DNA from: Chthoniobacterales bacterium
Lineage (GTDB): Bacteria; Verrucomicrobiota; Verrucomicrobiia; Chthoniobacterales; JAATET01
Length of the DNA stretch: 64,000 nucleotides
Direction of reading: 5' to 3'
Assembly (NCBI GenBank): GCA_041748215.1
Contig: JBGTDR010000151.1
Coordinates: forward strand, 8,620-72,619
Part shown: positions 21,995 to 32,417 of the stretch, piece after piece
How the letters are laid out: each line of letters starts with the position of its first letter
Numbering within the stretch: the stretch's first letter is position 1
Notes under the pieces: generated by a model
Seen by the model: the letters and a program-made list of their open reading frames with translations, nothing else
Told to the model about the DNA's origin: nothing
Database searches by the model: none
Position numbers and translations under genes: made by a program

Positions 21995-22995
21995 ACCAGC
22001 AGTAACGTCGCGAGACCGAGGAACGCTCCCATACTGACCACGTCGGTTGCCGTGGTGAGGAAAATCGACGAAGCGGTCGCAGGGTCCGCACCGAGGCGCT
22101 TCATCGCGGTAGGGACGACCACGCCGGAGATCCCGCTGATCACGCACGCGAGCACCATGGCGAGCCAGGTCACCGCGGCAAGGCCAAGAGCCTGCGGATT
22201 CTTTTGCAGCGACGCGTAGATGAACATACCGAGTCCCGCCGAGATGCCGACGAGCGCGCCATTGCTGAAGCCGAGAATCGCTTCCTTGCTCAACGCTTTC
22301 CAGAAACTACCGGGTTTGAACTCACCCAGCGTCATGCCTCGCAACGTGACCGCCAGGGCCTGACACCCGGTGTTTCCCGATTGCCCGGCCAGCACCGGCA
22401 GGAATACCGCCAGCAACACAATTTTTTCCAACGTGCCCTCGAAAATACCAACGACAAATGCGGCGATGAACGCGGTGAGCAGATTGAGCTGCAGCCAGGG
22501 ATGACGGAAGAGCAGGCTGCGCTGCCACGGCGTGGCGAGACGTTCCTCCTTGTCGACACCCACCATCGAACCGGCCTGCGCGCTCAACTCGACTGCCTGC
22601 TGTTCGAACATCGTTTGTCCGCGGACCAGACCCACCAGTTTGCCGCCATCATCAACCACAGGATAAACCGGGTAGTGGCGATCCAGCGTGGCCTTCATCG
22701 CATCGAGCAGCGGCATGTCGGCTTTCAACGTGAAAAGATTGCGCAGCATGATTTCGTCGAGCCGTTTCGTGGCTTCCGAAAAAAGCAGATCACGCATCGT
22801 AATCACACCCACGAGCCGCCCGGAATCATCGATCACCCACCCATACGTGATGAATGCCTGTTTCACCATTTCCCGAAGCTTTTCGACGGTCTCAGCGACC
22901 GTCTGCTGTGGTGAAAAAACCGCCAGCGGCGGTTCCATCATCCGGCCAATTGATTGTTCGGGATACGGCGAGGCGGTGTCGGTGGGCTCACTCAT
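21991..22995 (-). CDS. mgtE: Magnesium transporter MgtE (CBS pair + TM domain; no long N-domain)
   Basis: CBS-like segments (VIDDSGRLVGVITMRDLL, VVDDGGKLVGLVRG) and the TM-domain motif AGQSGNTGCQALAVTLRG. Confidence 0.8.
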   Translation of the reverse strand: MSEPTDTASPYPEQSIGRMMEPPLAVFSPQQTVAETVEKLREMVKQAFITYGWVIDDSGRLVGVITMRDLLFSEATKRLDEIMLRNLFTLKADMPLLDAMKATLDRHYPVYPVVDDGGKLVGLVRGQTMFEQQAVELSAQAGSMVGVDKEERLATPWQRSLLFRHPWLQLNLLTAFIAAFVVGIFEGTLEKIVLLAVFLPVLAGQSGNTGCQALAVTLRGMTLGEFKPGSFWKALSKEAILGFSNGALVGISAGLGMFIYASLQKNPQALGLAAVTWLAMVLACVISGISGVVVPTAMKRLGADPATASSIFLTTATDVVSMGAFLGLATLLLV

Positions 22996-23014
22996 GAAGC
23001 GGATGGGGCGGTGT

Positions 23015-23650
23015 TCAGTAGACGATGCGCACCGGCATTCCTACGTGCGCGGCGGCGAAAAAATCTTCGATGACTTCCTTGCTGATTCGAATGCAACCGT
23101 GGGACGCCGGCGATCCCGGGACAGGGATTGGCCCTTGATGCATGCCAACGCCACCTGACGTGAGACGCATCCAATACGGCATCGAAGCGCCTTCAAATCG
23201 GCCGCCGGGCGGCACCTTGTCCTTTCGCACATCGGCGTCGTAATTCACGACGGTGCCTGATGCGTCATACATGTAGCCGTAAAGATTTGACCGCTTGTCC
23301 ACGATCTTTTCCATGATCTTGAAAGTGCCCGCGGGCGTGCCAAATCCCTCCTTGCCCGTGGCGACGAGCGCGACGCCAGCAAGCTGATTGCCCTGGAAAA
23401 AATACGCGCGTTGCTCGGTGAGATTGATCGTGATCGAAGGTGCGCCACCTCCGTAAGACATTCCGTCCCAATAACTCACGTCATCGATTACCTCAGTCGG
23501 TGCACTGCCGCTGGCGGGGTTGAATTGCGTGTCGTAACCGCCGCCGAGGTAATCCACGTTGCCGCCTCCGCCACAGCCCGACACCGCGAGCACGCAAGCT
23601 CCCAACATAACCGCAGCTCGCGCCCGCCGCTCTTTACTCCGAAAAATCAT
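23015..23650 (-). CDS. L,D-transpeptidase (YkuD domain) lipoprotein
   Basis: Lipobox-like LAVSGC and the catalytic motif [20 protein letters not shown]. Confidence 0.8.
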   Translation of the reverse strand: MIFRSKERRARAAVMLGACVLAVSGCGGGGNVDYLGGGYDTQFNPASGSAPTEVIDDVSYWDGMSYGGGAPSITINLTEQRAYFFQGNQLAGVALVATGKEGFGTPAGTFKIMEKIVDKRSNLYGYMYDASGTVVNYDADVRKDKVPPGGRFEGASMPYWMRLTSGGVGMHQGPIPVPGSPASHGCIRISKEVIEDFFAAAHVGMPVRIVY

Positions 23651-23704
23651 GGCACGGCTCTACCACACTCAAGTTAGTTTCACAAAGACAACCGGCCAAT
23701 TCGA

Positions 23705-24403
23705 TCATGGCTGCTCGGGCCGGGGACGGGCCCCGAAGATTGCTGTGCCGACCCGCACCAACGTCGAACCTTCTTCGATCGCGACCTCGAAATCTCCGCT
23801 CATTCCCATCGAGAGCGTGCCGAACGGCAGCCCGGTCCGTTCCGCGAGCCGGTCGCGAAATTCCCGCAATGCCGCGAAGTGCGACCGGGACGCCTCGGGA
23901 TCATCCGCGTAAGGCGCAATCGTCATAAGCCCCTCGATTTGCAGTCGCGGCAACGCCAGCAAACGCTCGACATCGCGCTCGAGAGCGTCGGGTGCAAATC
24001 CGAATTTCGAGGCTTCGCCCGCAACGTTCACTTCGAGCAGCACACGCGGATGCCACCCCTCCTCGGCCGCAATGCGATCCACGGCCTCGGCGATCTCGAC
24101 CGTATCGATACCGTGCACGAGTTCAAAGAGAGGCAGCGCGCGCCGCACCTTGTTTTTTTGCAGGTGGCCGATCAAATGCCAGCGCAAGTCGGCCGGGGAT
24201 TCCGGGATTTTCGACGCCGCCTCCTGGACTCGATTTTCGGCGAAGTCGCGCTGACCCGACGCCGCGACGGCACGCACCGCTTCCGGCCCGTGGGTTTTGG
24301 AAACTGCGATCAACGTCACGTCTTCCAACGGTCGGCTCGCACGGACGCATGCCGCCGCCACTCGCTGCCGCACCGCATCCAGGGCCATCGTGAGATCATG
24401 CAT
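23705..24403 (-). CDS. yggS: YggS-family pyridoxal-phosphate homeostasis protein
   Basis: 232 aa with LIAVSKTH (PLP lysine) and a GHLQKNK-type motif (IGHLQKNKV). Confidence 0.85.
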   Translation of the reverse strand: MHDLTMALDAVRQRVAAACVRASRPLEDVTLIAVSKTHGPEAVRAVAASGQRDFAENRVQEAASKIPESPADLRWHLIGHLQKNKVRRALPLFELVHGIDTVEIAEAVDRIAAEEGWHPRVLLEVNVAGEASKFGFAPDALERDVERLLALPRLQIEGLMTIAPYADDPEASRSHFAALREFRDRLAERTGLPFGTLSMGMSGDFEVAIEEGSTLVRVGTAIFGARPRPEQP

Positions 24404-24430
24404 TAGAAAATAAGCGCACTCCGTCAGTTG

Positions 24431-24449
24431 ATATTAGAACTTCTTATAT
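24431..24449. promoter_or_regulatory. Imperfect AT-rich dyad in the yggS/LysR divergent region (candidate LysR-type operator)
   Basis: atattagaacttcttatat matches its own reverse complement at 16 of 19 positions. It is the only AT-rich dyad in the 58-nt divergent spacer, 13 nt upstream of the LysR ATG. Confidence 0.3.
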
Positions 24450-24461
24450 TACGATCCTGTC

Positions 24462-25355
24462 ATGCAAATCGAGACGTTCAAGGTCTTCCGCGACCTCGTG
24501 GAGACGACCAGCTTTTCGCGGGCGGCGGAGGTGAACGGGATCACGCAGAGCGCGGTGAGCCAGCAGGTGCGAGCGATCGAGCGGAAGTTCAGCGTTCGAT
24601 TGATCGAACGGGGCAAGCGGTATTTTGCCCTCACTCCGGAGGGCAAGGCGTTCCTCGCTGCCAGCCGGAACATCCTCGACGCCTACGAAAGCCTCGGGCA
24701 CCGCATTCAGGCGATTCAGCAGGTCGTCGCCGGAGAGCTGAGGGTCGGCACGGTCTTCAGCATCGGCCTTCACGAGCTTCCGCCCTATTTGAAGTTGTTC
24801 CGCAAGGCCCACCCCGACGTCGACGTCAAGGTCTCGTATTGCCGGTCAAATGAAGTCTACACTGCGGTCGCCGACGGTGAATGTGATCTGGGCCTCGTCG
24901 CCTACCCGACCCGCAAGGCCGGTCTGAGGGTGATGACGTTCTGGCGCGACAAGCTTGTCCTCATCTGTTCCCCCGAAAATCCGCTGGCCAAAAAACCGCG
25001 GGTGCGGCTCGACCAGCTGGCCGCGGTCAAATTCGTGGCGTTTGAACCTGACCTGCCAACGCGCAAGGAGATCGACAAACGCCTGCGGGATCGCGGAGTG
25101 AAACTCAAACCCGTGCTTGAGTTCGACAACATCGAGACCGTCAAACGTGCCGTCGAAATCGAGCAGGCCGTCTCGATCGTTCCGGAAATTTGTGTGCGCG
25201 ACGAAGTGCGCGGCAGCACGCTCGTTGCCGTCGAAATCGACGAACCGGACATGTGGCGTCCGCTCGGAGCCGTGGTCAAACGCAGCGCCTCCCCGTCGCC
25301 TGCGCTCAAAGAGTTTCTGGCAATGCTTGAAAAGAACGAACTCGGCAGGCAGTAA
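24462..25355 (+). CDS. LysR-family transcriptional regulator
   Basis: N-terminal HTH FSRAAEVNGITQSAVSQQVRAIERKF and a ~300 aa LysR architecture. Confidence 0.85.
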   Translation: MQIETFKVFRDLVETTSFSRAAEVNGITQSAVSQQVRAIERKFSVRLIERGKRYFALTPEGKAFLAASRNILDAYESLGHRIQAIQQVVAGELRVGTVFSIGLHELPPYLKLFRKAHPDVDVKVSYCRSNEVYTAVADGECDLGLVAYPTRKAGLRVMTFWRDKLVLICSPENPLAKKPRVRLDQLAAVKFVAFEPDLPTRKEIDKRLRDRGVKLKPVLEFDNIETVKRAVEIEQAVSIVPEICVRDEVRGSTLVAVEIDEPDMWRPLGAVVKRSASPSPALKEFLAMLEKNELGRQ

Positions 25356-25386
25356 TACGCACGCGGTTACAACCCCCATCCCACGC

Positions 25387-26274
25387 GTGGAAACTCAATA
25401 CTCAGATCCCTCCACCCCAGCCGTCGGCGTCATCGGCGGCAGCGGTCTTTACGACATCGAAGGTTTCGTCGAAGACAAACAGTTCGAGGTCGAAACTCCC
25501 TTCGGACCACCTTCCGACGAAATCCTCGGCGGCGAACTCCACGGCCGACGGGTCTATTTTTTGCCCCGGCATGGTCGCGGCCACACGATCGCCCCGCACG
25601 AGATCAATCACCGGGCCAACATCTACGCTTTGCGCATGCTCGGCGTGCGGTGGATCATCAGCGCCACTGCGGTCGGCAGTCTCCAGGAACGTTACGAGCC
25701 GCGTGACATCGTTTTGCCGTCGCAGTTTTTTGATCGCACGAGCAACCGTGCTGCCCACACATTTTTCGGCGAAGGCATTGTCGCGCACATCAGTTTTGCC
25801 GAACCGACGAGCGTCTTTCTCCGCCAGCTACTCGCGCAATCCTGCTCCGCACTGCGCAAGACGTATCATTCCGGCGGCACATACGTGAACATGGACGGCC
25901 CTGCGTTTTCCACCCGCGCGGAATCGGAATCGAACCGCAAGCTTGGATTCGACGTGATCGGCATGACCAATCTGCCGGAGGCCAAACTTGCCCGCGAAGC
26001 GGAAATTGCCTTTGCGACCATGGCCATGGTCACCGACTACGACTGCTGGAAAACCAACGAAGATCCCGTCACCGTCGAGTCCGTTGTCGCCCACCTTCAG
26101 GCGAACGCCACGGCCGCAAAACAGGTCCTCGCCCACGTCATTCCGCGCATTCCGGACGATCCCTCCTGGCCGGAGCACTTTGCGCTCAACGATGCAATCG
26201 TCACGCCTCGCGAATACTGGCGGGAGGAGACCATCGACAAACTTCGCGTGATTCTCGAGCGATTCCTCGCTTAG
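25387..26274 (+). CDS. mtnP: S-methyl-5'-thioadenosine phosphorylase
   Basis: GTG at 25387. GVIGGSGLY, FLPRHGRGH and GMTNLPEAKLAREAE are typical of MTAP. The ORF-track start at 25117 overlaps the LysR gene. Confidence 0.85.
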   Translation: METQYSDPSTPAVGVIGGSGLYDIEGFVEDKQFEVETPFGPPSDEILGGELHGRRVYFLPRHGRGHTIAPHEINHRANIYALRMLGVRWIISATAVGSLQERYEPRDIVLPSQFFDRTSNRAAHTFFGEGIVAHISFAEPTSVFLRQLLAQSCSALRKTYHSGGTYVNMDGPAFSTRAESESNRKLGFDVIGMTNLPEAKLAREAEIAFATMAMVTDYDCWKTNEDPVTVESVVAHLQANATAAKQVLAHVIPRIPDDPSWPEHFALNDAIVTPREYWREETIDKLRVILERFLA

Positions 26275-26285
26275 AGTCCGCCCAC

Positions 26286-27206
26286 ATGAAATCTCACGCT
26301 CCCTGGGCGACCGGTCTCGCCATCGCATTCGCCTTCGCCGCGTGCCAGTCCGTTCGCACCCAGGGTGACCCTGCCGTGACGTCCGATCCGAACGCCATCA
26401 TTTCCTCAAGCGCGCCGTCCGGCGACGCCACCGCCTCGCCCAGCCCCGAGGCAGTCGATACTCCCACTCCGGTTCCGCCGACTCCAACGCCAACGCCGAA
26501 ACCCCGCCAGCACGTTTACAATTCCGTAGATGTCGATGGTCCGTACATCGCGATCACGTTCGACGACGGCCCGCACCCGAAACTCACCCCGCAACTTCTT
26601 GACCTGCTCAAAGCTCGCGGCATCCCCGCGACATTCTTTGTGGTCGGAAAAAGCGTCGCAGAATATCCTGAGATCGTTCAGCGCATGGACGCCGAGGGTC
26701 ACGAAGTCGCCAACCACACGTGGAACCACCCGTCACTGACGAAGCTTGGCGCGGCGGGCGTGAAGAGCCAGATGGACCGAACCGACGCTGCCATCGTCAA
26801 GGCGATCGGCAAACGCCCGACCATCATGCGCCCTCCGTACGGCGCAACGAATGCCCGGCTTAACCGCGCCCTCGACGAGGATTATGGGCAGAAGGTGATC
26901 ATGTGGTCCGTCGATCCACAGGATTGGAAATACCGCAACGCCTCGCGAGTGACCGAGCAGATCCTTTCGAAAACCCAGGCCGGCGGCATCGTGCTCGCGC
27001 ACGACATCCATGCGTCCACCATTGCCGCCATGCCCGCGACCCTCGACGGTCTGACCCGGAAAGGCTTCAAGTTTGTGACCGTTTCCCAGCTCCTTGCCAT
27101 GGAGAAAGGTCGCGCTCCCGCGCAGTCCACGTCAGTTTCGCCGACCCCGGCAGCGAGTCCGACCGCAACGCCATTTGTGATTCAACGCGTCGAGCCGCTT
27201 CCCTGA
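26286..27206 (+). CDS. Polysaccharide deacetylase (NodB homology domain) lipoprotein
   Basis: Lipobox-like AFAFAAC, a Pro/Thr linker, and the NodB motifs ITFDDGPH and HTWNHP. Confidence 0.8.
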   Translation: MKSHAPWATGLAIAFAFAACQSVRTQGDPAVTSDPNAIISSSAPSGDATASPSPEAVDTPTPVPPTPTPTPKPRQHVYNSVDVDGPYIAITFDDGPHPKLTPQLLDLLKARGIPATFFVVGKSVAEYPEIVQRMDAEGHEVANHTWNHPSLTKLGAAGVKSQMDRTDAAIVKAIGKRPTIMRPPYGATNARLNRALDEDYGQKVIMWSVDPQDWKYRNASRVTEQILSKTQAGGIVLAHDIHASTIAAMPATLDGLTRKGFKFVTVSQLLAMEKGRAPAQSTSVSPTPAASPTATPFVIQRVEPLP

Positions 27207-28069
27207 CGCAGCGGAATTTCAGGTCTGCCGCCTTCCAGCGACGACAGGGCGGCTTGGTAATCCGGGAATTCGGGGATCCACCCCGTGGCCCGCAATTTTC
27301 GGTTCTGCACCCGCTTGCTGGTCCAACCCCGCTTCCGCGTGAGGTCGCGCTCGCCAGCGGACGGCAGGGGCAGGGAGAAATGGTCCGCCAGCCATCCGTA
27401 AACGTCACGCTGCACCGCGGGACGGTCATCGACCACGTTGTAAATTCCAGAGGTCGCGCCGGCCGTGAGCAAATGCACGATTGCGCGGGCCGCATCATCG
27501 CGATGGATCTGGTTGATCCACCTTTCCCCATCTCCTTCGATGACCGCCGAGCCATCCAGAAATTTTCGCATCAGGACGGACCGACCCGGCCCGTAGATCC
27601 CCGCCAGACGCGCAACGAAGCCTCCTGCTTCGAGGGTGAGGGATTCCGCGGCAAGCAACAACCTCCCGGTTTCCCGGTCGGGCGCGGTTTCGCTCGATTC
27701 ATCGACCCAACTCCCGTCCGTCTGCGCGTAAACCGAGGTGCTTCCAGTGAAGACAAGACGGGCTTCGGGAAACGCCGCCTGCAGGTTTGCGATGCCATTC
27801 AAATACACGGCTCGATAGGCGTCGTCGCCGCCCCGGCCGGAACTCGCGCAATGCACCATCGCATCGAACATTCCTTCCTTTTCGCGAAGTGCCATCATCG
27901 ACTCCCGACTCGCGAGGTCGGCCCACACAACGGGAAACGGCTTCGTCGCGAGGGCGGCCGCGGAACGTTCCGAGGCCGTCAGGCCGGCAACGCGCCATCC
28001 CGCCCCGGAAAACAAATCGGCTGCGGCTTCCCCAAGGAAACCGCAGCCGGCAATCAGAATTCTCGGCAC
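27182..28069 (-). CDS. NAD(P)-dependent epimerase/dehydratase-family (extended SDR) protein
   Basis: GTG start at 28069 and a Rossmann loop ILIAGCGFLGE. About 295 aa. The 3' end overlaps the convergent deacetylase gene by 25 nt. Confidence 0.65.
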   Translation of the reverse strand: MPRILIAGCGFLGEAAADLFSGAGWRVAGLTASERSAAALATKPFPVVWADLASRESMMALREKEGMFDAMVHCASSGRGGDDAYRAVYLNGIANLQAAFPEARLVFTGSTSVYAQTDGSWVDESSETAPDRETGRLLLAAESLTLEAGGFVARLAGIYGPGRSVLMRKFLDGSAVIEGDGERWINQIHRDDAARAIVHLLTAGATSGIYNVVDDRPAVQRDVYGWLADHFSLPLPSAGERDLTRKRGWTSKRVQNRKLRATGWIPEFPDYQAALSSLEGGRPEIPLRQGSGSTR

Positions 28070-28080
28070 GAAAGTGCGAG

Positions 28081-28284
28081 CTAGTTCAGATTAAAATTGA
28101 AACGAATCTTGAGCTTCTGGCGCTTGGCATTGGCCTTCGCCTTGCGGCGGGTCTTCTGCGTGGGCGTCTCGAAGGCGCGCAAGCGGCGGACCTCGTCGAG
28201 GATCCCCTCGCTATCGAGCTTCGACTTCAGGCGCTTGAGCGCGCGGTCGATGGGCTCTCCTTTGCGGACGGTAACTTCGGGCAT
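28081..28284 (-). CDS. rpsU: 30S ribosomal protein S21
   Basis: 67 aa: MPEVTVRKGEPIDRALKRLKSKL... Confidence 0.9.
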   Translation of the reverse strand: MPEVTVRKGEPIDRALKRLKSKLDSEGILDEVRRLRAFETPTQKTRRKAKANAKRQKLKIRFNFNLN

Positions 28285-28407
28285 GAACTTATTTCACCTT
28301 CTTTCTCAGTTCCGGGTCGGACTTAACGTCCCGGATTCAATGGGGGATAGAGAATGAACCAGCCAGGGGTGGCTTCGCAAGCGTGATTTTTCCCAAACGG
28401 CCGTCGG

Positions 28408-30744
28408 TCAAGCGGCTCCGCTGGACGTCCGGCGCATCGTTTCCGTCTCAAGAACCTCACGGCGAATGCTTTTACCGCGAACGCGCGACCACCAAAGCAC
28501 GATGGGAGCGGCCACAAAAATCGACGAGTAGGTTCCCACGAGAATGCCCGCCAAAATCGCAAACGCGAAATCCTTCAACACCGCGCCACCAAAAATGTAG
28601 AGGCAGAGCACCGAAATCACGGTCGTGCCACCCGTCAGGATCGTGCGGCCAAGCGTTTCGTTGATCGCGTTATTCATCAAATTCTGCACGGACCCTCCCG
28701 TGCCCGATTTGAGCGCCTCGCGAATTCGGTCAAAGACAACAATGGTGTCGTTGATCGAATATCCCGCGATGGTCAGGATGGCTCCCACCATCACCAGCGA
28801 AAGTTCCCCGCCGAAAAGCGAAAACAGACCGATCGTGATCACCACGTCGTGCAGAACCGCAATGACCGCGCCCAAAGCGAAGGAAAATTCAAAACGAATC
28901 GTCACGTAAATCAGGATGCCGATCATTCCGAACGCCAGCGCCAGGAGGGCGCGGCGCGCGAACTCCATGCCGATGCGGGCTCCCACCGTATCCTCCGACT
29001 GCACGACAATGCCGCGATCCGGAAAATCCTTTTCCAGCTGATCAACGATGCCCGCTCCGGTGCCCTCCGCACTACGGATCGTGAGCATTTTTGTGGTACC
29101 CTCGGTTTCCATCTGGATGACGGCCTCGCCCTGACCGACCTGCCGGGCCGACACCCGGGCCTCCTCGACGGTGACCGGAGTCTGGGAATCCACCACCACC
29201 AGATCACCTCCGCGGAAATCGATGCCGAAATTCCGCTCACCCCGCAGCCCAAAAATCAACAGGGATCCGCCGATCAGCACGCACGACGCGATCAGTGCCA
29301 TTCGGCGTTGACCGAGAAAATTGAAATGTTTTTTCGGGATGATATCGACCATCGAAAGCTTGCGCAGATGGCCTTTCTCGACGAGCCAGCGGAAGATCGT
29401 CCGCGTGACGAGCAGTGCGGAAAACATCGAGGCGATGATGCCGAGCGTCAGCGTCACCGCGAATCCCTTGACGGAACCGGTCGCACCAAGGAAGAGGATG
29501 ACCGCCGTGATCAGAGTCGTGAGGTTGGCGTCGAAAATAGCGCTGAATGCCTTGTCGTAAGCGCCGTTGAGCGCCACCGGCAGGGATTTGCCAGCCGCCA
29601 TTTCTTCACGCAGTCGTTCGTAGATCAGCACGTTTGCATCGATGGCCATGCCGATTGTCAGAATGATGCCCGCGATGCCGGGGAGCGTGAGCACAAAACC
29701 AAACATCGCCATCATGCCGAGCAGCAACAGGATATTCACGAGCAAGCCGACGATGGCAACGATGCCCGCCGTTCGGTAATAGAGCAGCACGGCCACGATC
29801 ACGAGAACGAGGCCCGAAAGACCCGCCAGCACACCGCTGCGGATCGAATCGAGTCCGAGCGTCGGGGACACGCTGCGCGTCTCTTCGATCTGCACCGGAA
29901 CGCGCAACGGATTTTCCAGCGAACTCGCGAGATCCCGCGCTTCTTTTTCCTGGAAATTTCCCGTGATCACCGCGCGTCCTCCGTACTGGCTTTCGGTCAG
30001 CGTCGGCGCGGAAAGAATTTCCCCGTCGAGCAGGATGGCGAGTTGGTTGCCGCGATTGGCCGCCGCCAGATTGTCGAAGCGCCTCGCCCCTTCGGAATCG
30101 AATTCGAGGCTCACGCCCCAGCCGGATTGATCGAAATACGCGAACGCTTTGCTCACGTGGTCCCCACCAAAATCCGCGTTTCGTTTGACGAGATATCGAA
30201 ACGTTTCGTCCGGCTTGTCGGAATCCGGCGTGTACGGTTTGACGATGTAGCCCGGCGGCATGATCGCGGTGCCGGCTTCGATCTGCGAGAGGATCGTGTC
30301 GCTGTTCGGCTGAACGATGGCAAATTCCAGCTTGGCCACACGCTGGAGTTGCTCCTTCGTGAGGTTCATCTGCTCATTATCCAGTCCGGGAATCTGGACC
30401 AGGATGCGGTCGTCGCCCTGGGGCGCTATGTCCGGCTCGCCAATGCCTCCGGCGTCCACCCGCTTGCGAATCACCTCGACGGCCCGATCCAGCAGATCGC
30501 GCGAAACAACGTCATCGGGATTTTCCCGCACCAGGCGAATCAGGAACGACGTTCCGCCTTGAAGGTCGAGACCAAGCCGGATGCGTTTATCGATCGGCGT
30601 GAGCTGCTCGATGCAAAACGCGACGAGAAAGACGGTCAGAACCAGCCCCAACCAGCGTTTGCGGCCCGGGATCTCGGTGGCAAAATACCAGCCGAAAAGG
30701 CACAGCAGGACCATTCCAAAGGCAAACGTGAGAGCAGGAGACAT
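28408..30744 (-). CDS. secDF: Protein translocase subunit SecDF (fused)
   Basis: 778 aa with a large periplasmic domain followed by two 6-TM modules (GLDLQGG, GIAGIILTIGMAIDANVLIYERLREE, SINDTIVVFDRIRE). Confidence 0.9.
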   Translation of the reverse strand: MSPALTFAFGMVLLCLFGWYFATEIPGRKRWLGLVLTVFLVAFCIEQLTPIDKRIRLGLDLQGGTSFLIRLVRENPDDVVSRDLLDRAVEVIRKRVDAGGIGEPDIAPQGDDRILVQIPGLDNEQMNLTKEQLQRVAKLEFAIVQPNSDTILSQIEAGTAIMPPGYIVKPYTPDSDKPDETFRYLVKRNADFGGDHVSKAFAYFDQSGWGVSLEFDSEGARRFDNLAAANRGNQLAILLDGEILSAPTLTESQYGGRAVITGNFQEKEARDLASSLENPLRVPVQIEETRSVSPTLGLDSIRSGVLAGLSGLVLVIVAVLLYYRTAGIVAIVGLLVNILLLLGMMAMFGFVLTLPGIAGIILTIGMAIDANVLIYERLREEMAAGKSLPVALNGAYDKAFSAIFDANLTTLITAVILFLGATGSVKGFAVTLTLGIIASMFSALLVTRTIFRWLVEKGHLRKLSMVDIIPKKHFNFLGQRRMALIASCVLIGGSLLIFGLRGERNFGIDFRGGDLVVVDSQTPVTVEEARVSARQVGQGEAVIQMETEGTTKMLTIRSAEGTGAGIVDQLEKDFPDRGIVVQSEDTVGARIGMEFARRALLALAFGMIGILIYVTIRFEFSFALGAVIAVLHDVVITIGLFSLFGGELSLVMVGAILTIAGYSINDTIVVFDRIREALKSGTGGSVQNLMNNAINETLGRTILTGGTTVISVLCLYIFGGAVLKDFAFAILAGILVGTYSSIFVAAPIVLWWSRVRGKSIRREVLETETMRRTSSGAA

Positions 30745-31091
30745 GACGTAATGATTAAAGACCCTCGCGACGGATGAGGGTCTGGCCGCCGGAAGGGACA
30801 GGCAGAATATGGAAGGTCCCGGGCCTGTCCAAGGAAATCAACAGAATCTTCGAATCCGCGGGGAGGAGTTTTGCAACCCTCATTCACCTCCACTCCACTG
30901 AATTTCGGGAGAATATTCGATGTCCCCTCACCGATTGTGTCGGATACGGCCCGACACCTGCGCTCCCGTTTTTGAAAGCCTGCCACCTTCCCGCAATTTC
31001 CCAAGGGACCGGCCGCGCTATCTCCTCGGACTCCGTTCGCGTTCTGTCACGAGGCAGCTTCTTCCGCGCGGCAGATCCGATTTGTTCCAGC

Positions 31092-32417
31092 CTATCGCCG
31101 AATGACAACGATTCGAACCGGCTTGGCGTTTCCACCAGGGCCTTCGGCAAAGACGTTGATGACGTTGCGACCGGGACGAAGCGGAATGGTAAACCTCCAG
31201 TCGGCACCACCGGAGGCAAAGCCGGAATTTCGCGAACGATTCACGCGATAGGAGACGCTGGTCATGCGACCACGAACGATTCCAGAGAGAGTAATCCGGC
31301 GGGAAACAGTGGTCATCGTCCGTTTAAACCGAGTGGAAAGCATTGGCGGAGCAACGCTCGCAGTCGAAATGGAAGGAATGGAAGGCGGGGCGTCCAGTGA
31401 GACGATCCAGCCGCGTTTCTTTCCAGAATGGACGCCGAGACCAACAATCGTCCGGCCATCCCCACTGACGGCGACGGCCCGGAAAAGATTCCATCCGGCT
31501 AAATCGACACCCTCTGTCACAAGGACGGATTCCAAGGAACGCACCCCGTGATCAACGTCCCAAATGAACGCGCCGTCACGATTCTGGCCAACAATTACTC
31601 CACCATCCGCGGACACGCCAAACGCCAGACCACCCGGGGGGCCGCCCAACCCGACTTGACCGGTCTCGCTTGTCCATCGAAATGCCTGAAGGGTTTCTCC
31701 CGCTCCGGTAAAGCCGATGATCACGGATCCATCGCCGGATACACCGGTCGCGCGACTCTGTTGCGGCGTCGAGCCGGGAAGAAAACCCAAACCGACGAAC
31801 CCGGTAGACACCGTCCAACGAAATGCCTCCTCGCGGCCAGGCGCTGAATGCCCGCCACCGACAATCACTTGGCCATCGGCCGAAATCGCCGTGGGAAAGC
31901 ACGCGGGTTGGATGGGATTAAAATCACCGAGTTCCACCATTCCAGTCTGTGCTGTCCAACGAAATGCTTCTGTGCCGCGCGTACCCCCCGCGTAACCGGT
32001 GATGACCGACCCGTCCGCCGAAACGGCGGTAGGATGAGCCCAACCGTTTCCAGGAAACGGTCCCAAAGAGACGGCTCCGCTCTCTTTCGTCCACCGAAAC
32101 GGACTGCCCAGATAATTTGTTGCACCCACGATGACAGAGCCATCAGCGGAAGTGCCGGTAGCCGATTGGATCTCGCTGAACGGTTCGGAAGGATCAATGC
32201 TCGCATCGATACCAGTCGCCAAAGTCCATCGGAAGGCCTGCGTGTAGCCGCCAAATTCTCCGAGACTTCCAACGACGACCGAGCCATCGGCGGAAATCCC
32301 CGAGGGGTTGGCATGGTCAGCGCCGAAATCGCGAAAATCCACGGCTGCAACGCCGTCGGTCGCAAAAATCAACCCGGAAGATAAAATAATAGCCCGAAAG
32401 GCACTCAAAAAGAACAT
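31092..32417 (-). CDS. Secreted HAF-type repeat protein
   Basis: Signal peptide, then six or more repeats of the pattern S-A-D-G-S-V-[IV]-x-G...[EQ]AFRWT...G (QAFRWTLATG, SPFRWTKESG, EAFRWTAQTG, EAFRWTVSTG, QAFRWTSETG, GAFIWDVDHG). Confidence 0.65.
   Translation of the reverse strand: MFFLSAFRAIILSSGLIFATDGVAAVDFRDFGADHANPSGISADGSVVVGSLGEFGGYTQAFRWTLATGIDASIDPSEPFSEIQSATGTSADGSVIVGATNYLGSPFRWTKESGAVSLGPFPGNGWAHPTAVSADGSVITGYAGGTRGTEAFRWTAQTGMVELGDFNPIQPACFPTAISADGQVIVGGGHSAPGREEAFRWTVSTGFVGLGFLPGSTPQQSRATGVSGDGSVIIGFTGAGETLQAFRWTSETGQVGLGGPPGGLAFGVSADGGVIVGQNRDGAFIWDVDHGVRSLESVLVTEGVDLAGWNLFRAVAVSGDGRTIVGLGVHSGKKRGWIVSLDAPPSIPSISTASVAPPMLSTRFKRTMTTVSRRITLSGIVRGRMTSVSYRVNRSRNSGFASGGADWRFTIPLRPGRNVINVFAEGPGGNAKPVRIVVIRR

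Noticed and set aside
28849-30777. 642-aa plus-strand ORF
   Set aside because: It is antisense to secDF. The translation is Arg/His/Asp-rich with no motifs, so it is a high-GC artefact.
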